From Octopus bimaculoides (lineage: Eukaryota): a DNA stretch of 64,000 nt. The notes below the pieces were generated by a model, which was given only the letters and a program-made list of their open reading frames with translations, ran no database searches and was not told the origin of the DNA. A program made the position numbers and the translations under genes. The stretch is taken from positions 5,973,955 to 6,037,954 of the forward strand of contig NC_068986.1 of the NCBI RefSeq assembly GCF_001194135.2, given 5' to 3'. How positions within the stretch are numbered: position 1 is the stretch's first letter; the number at the start of each line of letters is the position of its first letter. Of this stretch, positions 14,359 through 25,850 are shown in pieces.

Positions 14359-14441
14359 TTGGGGAAATTTCGAACCTGAGTTCTCATTCCCAAGGTATTT
14401 TTCAATGTTATTATTATTATTATTATTATTATTTTTATTCA

Positions 14442-14514
14442 GGTCACTGCCTGGAATCGAACTTGGAATCTTGAGGTTAGTAGCCCGTGCTCTTAACCAC
14501 TACACCATATGCCC
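14442..14514 (-). other. tRNA-like Pol III promoter module (not a functional tRNA)
   Basis: GGGCATATGGTGTAGTGGTTAAGAGCACGGGCTACTAACC...GTTCGATTCCAGGCAGTGACC. A box, B box and D-arm present; acceptor and T stems mismatched. Confidence 0.75.
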
Positions 14515-14552
14515 GTGGGCAGTTATGGAGTGAATTTTAGGGCTTATAAATC

Positions 14553-15030
14553 TCATATTCTCCTATCCTTCCTCAATACCGGTTCCCATTTGCTGTTCAT
14601 ATCTGCACTTGGTCTGCTTAGGAGGTTGTTGTGTCCTAGCATATGTGCTGCTTCTTTTAGTTTTTGTAGTTTCCAGTGTTGTTCTCTGTCTTATTTTAAC
14701 TTCATCCCACAGGGGGAGGTGGTCCCCATTTTTCCATACATGATCAGCTATACCTGATTTATCAATATCCCTCTGTGTCACAGCTTTGCGATGCCCCTCT
14801 ACCCTTATTTTGAGGGGGCGGTATGTTTGGCCTTTGTATAACCTACCACAGCTGGAGTACACACAGTTCTTGGTCATATTCTCTTCTATTGGTGGTTTTA
14901 CTCAAAGGAGATATTTGCAAAGTGTTGTATTACTTTTGAATACTGTCCTGATGTCATATGGGCCACATATCTTTTGTATCTTTTCGGAGTGGTGGACAGT
15001 TTATCGGTTTCATCCTCTCTTTTCTTCATA
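14553..15030 (-). pseudogene. Decayed Penelope-like linker and GIY-YIG endonuclease
   Basis: KIQKICGPYDIRTVFKSNTTLCKYLL*VKPP..MTKNCVYSSCGRLYKGQT..WDEVKI, then frameshift to DREQHWKLQKLKEAAHM...RRI*. One in-frame stop and one frameshift. Confidence 0.85.
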
Positions 15031-15656
15031 ATTGGAGTGGAGAGTAATTATAGAAATGTTTTATATTCTGAGTTCAAATTCTGCTGAGGTCAACTTTGAC
15101 TTTTGTCCTTTGGGGGGCAATAAAATACCAATTGAGTACTGGAGTCAATGCAATTGACTTGCCGCCGCCTTCCCCCCGAAATTTCTGGCCTTGTGTCAAA
15201 ATTGGAAATCAATATTTTATTGATTATTCTAATTTTCATTAGAACTACACTACCCTCATAACTTTTAACTTTTTTTTATTTTGTAAGAAATATTTTGTAA
15301 AATTTATAAAGACTGTAACAAGTCAAAAGTTAATCCTATTTATTCTGCTGTTAATTTTTTTTATATCTACTAAATCTTATGACTTTGGAAGTCTTGGCTT
15401 ATTGTATAAACTATGTTAGCAACAAAGAATGAAAGATAAAATGATGATATGATGTCTATCTTTTCAACAAAATAGCATAATAAACCTGTGAATGTTAAGA
15501 GAAGAATTTACCATTAATACAAACTATTTGCCACACAAAAATGTATTGTTTCATAGAGCATACTCACATGTAAAAAAATATGTCGGTATTTTATTTTTCC
15601 ATTCCCACTACCATTTTCCAAAATCTGCGAGTTAAATACTTGATATTGTAATCAAG

Positions 15657-16027
15657 GAGGCGCAATGGCCCAGTGGTTAGGGCAGCGGACTCGCGGTTTC
15701 GATTCCCAGACCAGGCATTGTCAGTGTTTATTGAGTAAAAATACCTAAAGCTCCACGAGGCTCCGGCAGGGGGTGGTGGTGAACCCTGCTGTACTCTTTC
15801 ACTACAACTTACTCTCACTCTTTCTTCCTGCTTCTGTTGTGCCTGTAATTCAAAGGGTCAGCCTTGTCACACTGTGTCACGCTGAATATCCCCAAGAACT
15901 ACATTAAGGGTACACGTGTCTGTGGAGTGCTCAGCCACTTGCATGTTAATTTCATGAGCAGGCTGTTCCGTTGATCGGATCAACTGGAACCCTTGACGTC
16001 GTAAGCGACGGAGTGCCAACAACAACA
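15657..16027 (+). mobile_element. tRNA-derived SINE, family B
   Basis: A/B-box head (TGGCCCAGTGG, GTTTCGATTCC), (CAA)n tail, 12-bp TSD ATTGTAATCAAG. Confidence 0.92.
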
Positions 16028-16699
16028 ATTGTAATCAAGCAATTACTTAGTGTTAATATCATTAAAAAAAAAAATTAAATGTTTTCATGTCATATAACAT
16101 CTCTGCTTAGGCCCATGAGATTGGAGCTTGTCCAGATTTTGAAAGTATTTAAGCTGAGAATACAAGACACTTCTTTAGAAGAATGCCAATCTATTGCAGA
16201 GTTAGCCGCCAGGTGTAACTGGCACTCATTTTGGTAAGTTTATTAAAGTAACATAAAATGAAGCACCTAGCTCAAGAAAACAATGCAAGACCTGATTCAA
16301 GAATTGAACCCACTATCTATTGATTATGAACCCAACACTCTAAATTACTTGACCATGTGCCTTCACATTTTCTAATATAGCAAGCAAAATTATAGAAAAT
16401 GTTTAAAGATCACTCACTGGACATTAGTTTTAGGGTTATGATGAAATATGGTGATTTTTTTTTTATTGTAACATCAACATCTTTAATGGTAGTGATCAGG
16501 CAGGTTAAAACAATTTATTCTGTAGATACTGTTCAGTAAAAATGTTAGAATTACATACAAAATATTTAAACATTGAGAGCTAAATACTTCCAAAATATCT
16601 TTTATCTGTTTGTTCGCCACAGAATTTTGAAATATAACAGCTAAAGACATGAAAAAATTGCATGTAATTTTTTCCTCTATATCTCCAGTCAATTCCACT

Positions 16700-16728
16700 T
16701 CCATGCACGTACACACACACACATGCAT

Positions 16729-16773
<45 letters not shown>

Positions 16774-16843
16774 CATGCACATACACACACACATACACAC
16801 ACACACACATACTCATACATACACATTCTGTATCTTATATGCA

Positions 16844-16883
<40 letters not shown>

Positions 16884-17001
16884 CATTTATTCCCGCTTTC
16901 TCATACATGTTTGCATACACGCATGCATACTTTCACATACATATACTCATTCGCTCTTTCTCCTTCACACTCACATCCTCATTCTCTCTCTCTCTCACTG
17001 T

Positions 17002-17039
<38 letters not shown>

Positions 17040-17100
17040 CTGTCAGTCTCTCTCTCACTGTCAGTCTCTCTCTCTGATGCACATATGTACTCATTCTCTC
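16700..17100. repeat. (CA)n/(CT)n compound microsatellite
   Basis: Dinucleotide runs with CACTGTCAGT sub-repeats. Confidence 0.92.
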
Positions 17101-18155
17101 TCATGCACCCCCCTCTCTGTACTTAGGAATCTCTAACATGATAGTAAAGTTTCGTGTTTCTTGACACATTACATGAGTAAGTTTCTGTGAGTGTGTGCAT
17201 GCACAACAGTGACTGATCCATGCTATTCAATACTATTTATTGACATACAAGAACCGATGGCTAAGGTAGCCATGTAAATGCCTTTACCTTTTACCAATAT
17301 AATATCAGATGAAAATAAACTAAGACATGCCAGTCTGGACAATTCTGTACCATAAATGTATTGCTTATTTCTACTGTGCTTGATGTGTAGTGCGTTGGTG
17401 AGATTCCTTGGCACTCCATCAACGCCAAAATTCTTAACAGTTTTATTTTATTCAGTAACTAATTTCCACTGTATTCTGTTGACCTAGCTACCTATTATTT
17501 TACCTAAATCACCAAATTTATTTATGTACCTGCTTTCTTTTGTTGTTGGTTTTCCTATATCTTAACCTCTTTCCCCTTCCCCCACCCTATCTTTATTTTA
17601 TCTCTGCCAGTTTCTAAATACACCCGTACTTAGTTTTGTATGCTATATGTTCTGGTGGCCACACTTTCAGTTTTCAGAACTTATGCCAAAATGTTTTAAC
17701 TTTGTATTTTCTTTTATTTTACATTTATAAATATAATAGACATGTTACATGTCTTAGCTGATACTATTTAAAACAAAAAAAAAAATACAGGGTAGAATGT
17801 TTTTCCTCAGCTATCGTAGGAAGTAATATGTGATAAAGTAGTTTTTGTTGTAGACTGTCTGTTTGTAAATACACCTATACAAGGTCAAAGTTTTAGTGAC
17901 AGTTGGTAAAATTATATAGACACTATCATCTAAGCACTGCAAGTAGTTTTGGTTACATAGAAAATGTTTGGTTAAAATTGCAGTGGCATTTATGTTCTGA
18001 ATTCAAATTCTGCTGAGATCAACTTTACCTCTCATTCTTTCAGGGTTGATAAAATTAGTGCAAGTCAAGTACTAAGGGCAACAAAATCAACTATCCCCCT
18101 CCCCACATAATTTCAGGCTTATTGTAGAAAGGATATCTAGTAAAATTATTTAGAG

Positions 18156-18414
18156 CAGGGGTTCTCAACTGGTATCTATATGACCCTTGGAGGTCCATAT
18201 AAGATTTTGTTGTTAAAATTTCTGTGTAAATAAACTGCTTATACATTTACATTATGCAAAATATTTTAACAATTTTTTAATAAAATTCCCAATAATATTC
18301 GATTATGAAAATATAATGGGATTTTTTTTAAACATCAAATGGCTATGGGGATCTACATGAGTGAAATAAGAATCAAATGAGTCCATAGATTAAAAAAATG
18401 GTTGAGAACCACTG
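18156..18414. mobile_element. hAT (Charlie-like) MITE
   Basis: TIRs CAGGGGTTCTCAAC / GTTGAGAACCACTG; perfect 8-bp TSD ATTTAGAG. Confidence 0.92.
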
Positions 18415-19300
18415 ATTTAGAGACACCATTGAGGCATTACAAATACTTTTGCTTTGAAATAGGATATTTGTTTGATCAAAATATCAGTGACAGTCGGGAA
18501 AATTATATAAAGCCAACGTCAGGGCATTGCAAGCTGTTTTGGATGCTGAATATTCCAGTTTATAAAAGCAATTATGCATTATCCCTTCTATTCAGGTGCC
18601 ATGCATGTAGTCATTGGTAATCATGAACTTTCATACCAAAGTCTGAAGATTCTGGATTGTTTTTTAGAAAAGGTACAGCAGTAGTTTCCTTCCACCAGTT
18701 GAATCTGCTAGTCTCCTACTTTTCCAAGATTACCCTTGAGTCACAGAGCCTATTTAACCTTTAGGCAGAGGTATTGGTTAATGTGACAGAGCATTGCTTA
18801 GAAGCCATCTCTGTTCTGCATCCTGTATGCTTTAGTCTAAAGACCATCGTCTGTTATTTAACCCATAACTGGGGCCCTTGATGTTGACAATATATCATAC
18901 AGGAACACTATCTAGACATTTCAAGAAGTTTGGGTTATATAAAGAATGTTTGGTAAAAATTTCAGTGACAGTCGGTAAAATTATATAAAGATAAATTATA
19001 GGGCTCAGTACAAATGCAGAGTATTCTTTTATACATTATAACTGAAAGGCTTTAATTTCCAACACTTAGAGTTACTCATTTGCAGTCATCAGCTGCTAAA
19101 CTGAGCCGTTGTGAATATTTTTTGAAGTCTGAAGTGAAAGTTTGAATTTTAAACAGAACATAAAAATAAGGCTTGGAAATGAGTAACTCTGAGTACTAGA
19201 AATCAGAACCTTTCAGTTATAATGTATTCATTTGAAGTGCCTGTATACTTTTCTGTGTGTTTATGCATTAACAGAAGCTTTACAATATATACTGGTGTTG

Positions 19301-19348
<48 letters not shown>

Positions 19349-21459
19349 TAAAGCATGATGTATGTTGAAGCAGATGGTGTCTTTTGTGTATTTGCTCACA
19401 TGCATGTGAGTGCTTATGTTACAGTGTATGCACGTCTGTTTATTGCAATGTTGCTACAACTGTTAATTTCATGCTGTTTCAAAAGTGTGTGTGAATCTCT
19501 GTGTATATGTGTGTGTGTGAGTATATACATTTGTATTCTTATTTGTGTTTAACCAATGCTTGACGTGCTTCAGCAAGTATTATATACAAAAATATCTGCA
19601 TATTCTTATTGGTGTAAAAGATTATATAACTGTCTGTTTCAGTACATTATATAATGAATAATGTATGGTGTGATTGTGTGTGTGTGTGTATATATATATA
19701 TGTACACATACACACACATGTGCATAGACCATACATGGATGGATGTTAACTAGTATTTACATATGTTTATACATGTGCATATATGTATGGTTTATTTCTT
19801 TATTAATAATTAGCATAGTTTTATAAATCTGTTGCAGCCTTTATGGCCTAACCATAATGGTCAAAACAGATTTATAAAATTGTAAAGCTAATATATATAT
19901 TTATAAAACTCTATTTGCTGAGCGATTGAGTAGTTTATTCAATATGAAAATGAATTGTTTTGACAAACAAACATATCATCATTTAACATTCACCCTTTTA
20001 TGCTTGCATGAGTTGGACAGAGTTTATTTGAGGCAGATTTTGTCGGCACTTGACTGATTCAGCTAGCTTGCCACTTTAATAATAATGGTTTCAAATTTTA
20101 GCACAAGGCCTGAAATTTGTGAGGAAGGGGTCAAGTTGATTACATCAACCCCAGTACTCAACTGGTCCTTATTTTATCAACCCTGAAAGAATGAAAGACA
20201 AAGTTGACCTCAGCAGAATTTGAATTCAGAATGTAAGGATGGATGAAATGCCTCTAAGGATTTTGCCTGGCATGCTTACAATTCTGCTGGCTCCCTGCTT
20301 TTTAAATAGGGATAATAGAAATAATATTTGTGTGTAAGTGTGTGGGGTAGTGTATCTATGCTTCTTTCACTCATGCTTCTCACTTACCCCTCTATCACCC
20401 TAGTTGTCTCACCTATCTTGAGTTATACGTACCATTGCCCCTCATACACTTGTTACCCTTTCTGGACCATCTATTATCAATGTCCACCATTTATCCAATT
20501 CTATTACTGTAAGTCTATCCTCCTCTTTCACCCTCACATTGTTCTCCCTCTGTTTTTATAGAATTCTAAGGATTCAGAATTTTCAGTATACATAACATCT
20601 CCACTATTATTGGTGACATTATAAATCCACTCAGAACACTCTGTAAAATAGTTGGTTAGTGACATGGGGCCAGGAAGATTCTTGGTCTTATCAAGGCTTT
20701 GGTTACCTCATTAGTGCTTGTGTCATAAAAAAAGGCTTAATACACTCTGTAAAGAGTGGGGTTGAGAAGAGCCTTTAGTTATGTTGAGAACATGACAACC
20801 TCACTAGTGCTGGTTGGTGGGTATAGGAAAAAAACTAACCAGTTTACTCTGTAATAGGGCTTGTGTCAAGAAGGGAACCTAGCCATAGAAAGGAAGCTAA
20901 ATAGGAAATGCATGTGTTGTGGTCTTCTGATCCATCTAGGTGACCAATACCTCTGAATATGTGCTGTCTCAGACAGTGGCAACATGTCCAGCCTATGCCA
21001 GCATGGAAATTGGACATAAAATGCTGATGTATCTATATTTGTCTGTCTGTCTGTTTATGAAAGGCATAGTTGACCTTGACAGGATTTGAACTCAGAGCCC
21101 CAAGTGTCAGAACACATACTGCAAGGCATTCTATCCAACAGTCTAATGATTCTGCCAATTTGCTTCCTATAAATATTAACCAGTGTATGTATGATTTATA
21201 TGGTGGACTTATACATCCATAAAATGGGTAATCAGTGGATGATTTATGTGAATAAAATGTATTAGTAAAACGTATGATTTATGTGAAGGATTTGTAGACC
21301 CATAGCATGGATAAAGAAGCTATGATTTGATGGGGCGGGGATGCAGGTTTGTGTATATTATATGTATCTACTCAATCATAAAACACAAATATTTGCTTAA
21401 AATATTTTCTGCTTGTCTTCGAAATGTGTCCATATTTACTGTTACTGCAAGGGTACATG

Positions 21460-21475
21460 CGTGCGCACGTGAGTG

Positions 21476-21506
<31 letters not shown>

Positions 21507-21980
21507 TATATGTGCATTACTTTCATGTACACAATTATTCGTTCATGCACACATACATACACACACAAATAATCATTCATACACACTTAAACACACACAA
21601 CCTAAACACAGACTTGAACATAAACCTAACTGTATACATGCACATGCGCAAACATCACTGCATGCACCCCACTGTCAGCTCACCTAATTATGTGCACATG
21701 CACTTACCCATCTGCCTAAATATATGCATGCACATTCCCTGCCTAGAGATACGGAGACACATGCATACCCAACTAGACGTATGTAAACACATGAATGCAC
21801 ACAGCTACCTAAACACACAAATACACTCACACACACATATGCAAATATACTTACCTACCAACATGCATATACACATGCACACAAATCCACTCATTTAAAT
21901 TCACACCCCTCACCAAACTAAGCATGGACGTGTACTCTGTCTTTGACACACTAGTAAACTTGGGATCTTACACAAGCACA

Positions 21981-22012
<32 letters not shown>

Positions 22013-22380
22013 GACACTCACACAACCTCCTATACATACACACAAACATACACAATTCTCTACACCCACACTTTCTCCTATATACACACAATCTCTATAT
22101 ATGCATGCACATTTTCTTGTATGCATGCATTCTCCTTGATGCGTACATGTGCTATGCACACTCAATCTTCTCTGCATACTCTCACACACACACTTCTTAG
22201 ATTCTAGTGTATACATACATTCCTCGATACACATACAGTCTCATATATTCGTATAGTCAAAATTGCACATACACATGTTCCTATACTTAAGCACAGCTTT
22301 CATAACCTCTCATTTCCTTTTATACATACACATATTCATACACACATGTATCCATGTGTACATGAAAGTGTACACATGGA
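21460..22380. repeat. Long degenerate CA-rich simple-sequence region
   Basis: Cryptic (CA)/(CATA)/(CATG) repeats. Confidence 0.85.
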
Positions 22381-23127
22381 TACAAGCTACTCTGTCATAG
22401 TTGCTTCAAAATGAAGCCAGCTCTTGCAAACACCACATTCTCCTCCTCCTCATCCTTCTACTCCTCATCCTTCTACTCCTCATCCTTCTACTCCTTTGAA
22501 CATTGTCTGCTGCAGAATTTGTTTTCCCCACTACCACCAGCATCACCACTGCCACCATCTTAACCATTAGTTATTGATTGTATTCTTTGAAGTTCTACTT
22601 TAAACAATAAACTGGTCTCTTTGTTGTAATTTTCTATATCTTGCTGGGGAAACCTCATTTGAACAAATTCAGTGAATAATGATTTACCATTTATAAACTC
22701 TAACTTAATCAAATACTGGTCTGTGTATGTGTGTATGTGCATATGTTTCAATACTTCTCCCATTCCATACTCTTCATACAATACTTATATCCTCATTTAA
22801 AAGTTAACCATGTTAAAATGATCAAATGTTCAATAGATTAATGGCCTTGAAGGCTGTGGGTGTATGATCCCTTGACTATTATTTTTATTCCTTATCTATC
22901 CATTTATTCTTCTTTAGCTATTATCAAGTTGTTAACAATATTTTATTGGTAATTTGAGAATGAAATAGTAGTTAGTTGGTTAATTGCCGTGATTGTTCAA
23001 AGGTTTCTGTGGTATGGAGCCAACAGATCAAACTGTTCTGAAGGCAGCACATACATCCATCTTGCTGGATCTATCACGTGTTAGTTGAATTTATCTGTAT
23101 ATTTTATTGTTTGGTTGGTAAATTGAT

Positions 23128-24005
23128 TAGAGCTTGCCAGTTTTACAGGATATATCAGTGAAGTGGTCAAAATGGGTCAGTCTATGTTTTACAGGGGCCA
23201 AAATGTGTCAGTCTGTGAAACAGAATTGGATCTTACCAGCTTTCACTGGGGTCATCAGTGAAACAGAGTCTGTTAGTTTTACTGGGGTCAACAGTCAGGT
23301 GGTCAATCAAGCTGGTTAGATCCTGTCAGTTCAGGGAGGTGGTGTTAACAGTCAAGAGGTCAATAAATGTCGGTTTTTATTGGGGCCAATAATCAGGTGG
23401 TCAGTACCCCCTCCCTCATCAGATCCTGTCAGTTTAACTGGGTCCAATGGTTGGCTGGTCAATAAAACAGACCTTGCTAATTTTACTGAGGTCAACAGGT
23501 GGCTGGTCCATAAAATAGTCAGCCCATACCAATTTTGTTGGAGGCAACAGTTGGGTGGTCAATCAAACTATTTAGACCCTGCTTGAATTTTTACTGGAAG
23601 TAGGGCAGTCAGTAAAACAGATCCTGTCAATTTTATTGAGGCCAAGAGTAGAGTGGCTAATAAAGCAGTTAGATCCTGTCAGTTTTTATTAGGGGTGATA
23701 GTGAGATTGGAAGTCACATCGTTATATCCTGTTAGTTTTTACTGGGGTCAACAGTCAGTTAGTTTTGCTAGTTTTACTGAGGACAGCTGTCTGGCGGTCG
23801 GTTAATAGAACAGTCGGACCCTACTAGTTTTACTGGTGCCAACAGTTAGATGGTCAATCAAACTGTTAGATCTTGCCAGTTATACTGAAGCCAACAGTAG
23901 GATGGCCAATAAAAAAGACCCTGCCAGTTGTACTTCGGCCAACAGTCAGGAAGTCTGTAAAACAGTTAGGTCCTACCGGTTCTACCAACCGGGGCCAGCT
24001 TTGTG
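23128..24005. repeat. Degenerate tandem array, about 17-18 units of about 48-52 bp
   Basis: Consensus approximately AGATCCTGTCAGTTTTACTGGGGTCAACAGTCAGGTGGTCAATAAAAC(AGTT). Confidence 0.9.
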
Positions 24006-24042
24006 TAGCAGTAACCAATAAAAAATATTGATGAGACTAGTG

Positions 24043-24375
24043 AAGGCATGTGGCTTAGTGGTTAGGGTATTTGGCTCACAATTGTAATGTGCTGAGTTTG
24101 ATTCTCAGCGGTACATTGTATCCTTGAGCAAAACACTGTATTTTATGTTGCTCCAGTCCATTTAGCAGGCAAAAATGAGTTGTATAAAGCAATTCAAAAG
24201 GACCAGCCTTGTCACATCCCGTGTCACATTCACATTCAGTCTCCCTGAAAACTATGTTATGGCTACGCATGTTTGTGTAGTGTTCAGCCAGTGGCCCATT
24301 AATTTCACGAGCAGGCAGTTCTGTTGATTGGATCAATTGAACCCACGTTCTTGTGACTGATGGAGTGCCAGTTTC
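24043..24375 (+). mobile_element. Older SINE sharing the family B core
   Basis: tRNA-like head plus CAAAAGGACCAGCCTTGTCAC core; similar diverged copies at about 40385-40700 (+) and 42320-42640 (-). Confidence 0.8.
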
Positions 24376-25414
24376 AGTTTTTTCAATCGATGAGACTTAA
24401 ATTAGTGTTTGTATGTTTGGCTCAATAGAATATTATTGTTTCACTGGCCTTTTAGTTATGGCTGCCTTTTGGGGATAAATGTTGTATGGATTAAAAGATA
24501 GAACGCAATTGTTTAGGTGATGTCTTCTCCATTGTAGCATCTACTGTTGTCCTCTCCATCCCCATTTTTCTGATGATGTTGTTGGTAATTTTTTGTATTG
24601 TTGGTGGTGAACATGAAATAAAAAAGAAATTCAAATCTACTGAAGTGATTTGATGATAAGTCAAACAATTCAAAAGCGGTGTATACTGGTAAATTCATTT
24701 GCTGTGAGGAAGAGAGGTCTAATGTTTAGGGCAACGCTTTTGTCAGATGAAACATAATGTGCAAATTGTTAGATTTGTCTGATTTTGAAGTGTTTATAAT
24801 CCTCAATTGCTGTCCCAAACCATCTCTAGTTTCTTTTTTTTTTTTTTTTATCAAATCCTACTGTTTTCTTTAATATTAGGTCAACTTGACAGGGAATCTC
24901 TTTCCCCAAGATACGAAAAGTTCAAAGAAAAAGTTATTATGACTCAAACCTGAAATAAATTCAGCTCAAGGATTTGGCTTGCTAAAATTTTATCATGTCT
25001 CTGTAGTATTTGCACAAACAAACACATATGTAAGGAGTATTTACTTCTTAACATATTATCTCGTATATTTTTGTTCAGAGATGTCTAGTAAATATATATT
25101 TGAAGGAAAATATGCATTCACTGTTCTCTGAAGTATCCGTCTCTTATTTTTAACCTGAAATACTTCATTCATGATGTTATTCCCATTTTCTATCATTAAT
25201 TAGCAGTAATTATCCTTTGTATCAGTAACTTAATTATAAATCATAGCGATCCAAAATAATTTGTGTACTTATTCTTCTTTATATACAAATTCAAAATAAA
25301 TAATAAAAAAATTATATTTTTTACATGAAAATTGACAAAAAATATGTGTAAAGCGGTTATAACTGCAGTATTTTCATGGTAAAAGGACTTCCTTATTACA
25401 TATTTACATAAAGT

Positions 25415-25850
25415 GAAGGCCTGGCTGTGTGGTAAGAAGCTTAATTCACAACCACATGGTTCTGGATTCAGCCCCACTGTGTGGCACCTGGGTTGAGTGT
25501 CTTCTATTACAACTTTGGACAGACTGAGCCTTGTGAGTGGATTTGGCTGACAGACTGTAAAGATGCCTATCGTGCATGCACGTGTGTATATGTGTGTCTT
25601 TGTTTGGCTCTCACCAACTGGTGTTTGTGTGTTTACATCCCTGTATCTTAGTGGTTGACAGCTGGTGTTGGTGTGTTTATGTCCCTGTAACTTAGTGGTT
25701 TGGCAAATGATACTGATAGAATAGGTACTAGGCTTAACAAAAAAGAAAAAAATAAGTACTGGTGTCAATTCATTTGACTACAAAAAATTCTTCAAGGTAG
25801 TGCTCCAGCATGGCTGCAATCTAATGACAGAAACAAGTGAAAGATAAAAG
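25415..25850 (+). mobile_element. tRNA-derived SINE, family C, diverged
   Basis: Same head and GTGAGTGGATTTGG core; tail ACAGAAACAAGTGAAAGATAAAAG. Confidence 0.8.

Larger units (their letters stand above)
14320..15035 (-). mobile_element. Penelope-like retroelement 3' fragment (GIY-YIG region plus pLTR-like 3' end)
   Basis: GIY-YIG-type peptide CVYS-SCGRLYKGQT...HRKA...KSGIADH, followed by a tRNA-like module, (AAT)n and an HHR remnant. Confidence 0.85.

Noticed and set aside
14442-14514. Functional tRNA gene
   Set aside because: Acceptor and T stems are mismatched, there is no oligo-T terminator, and it is embedded in a retroelement end.
14900-14910. In-frame TGA upstream of GIY-YIG as selenocysteine recoding (reported in some Penelope-like clades)
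   Set aside because: Context KYLL*VKP fits CGA-to-TGA CpG decay of Arg rather than a Cys position, and no SECIS was recognised.
16179-16232. Exon-like segment ending in GTAAGT (EECQSIAELAARCNWHSF)
   Set aside because: Weak acceptor, abuts a decayed SINE, and is not needed for the host reading frame.
23128-24005. CRISPR-like spacing of about 50-bp units
   Set aside because: The whole unit is repeated with no unique spacers, there are no cas genes, and the context is eukaryotic.
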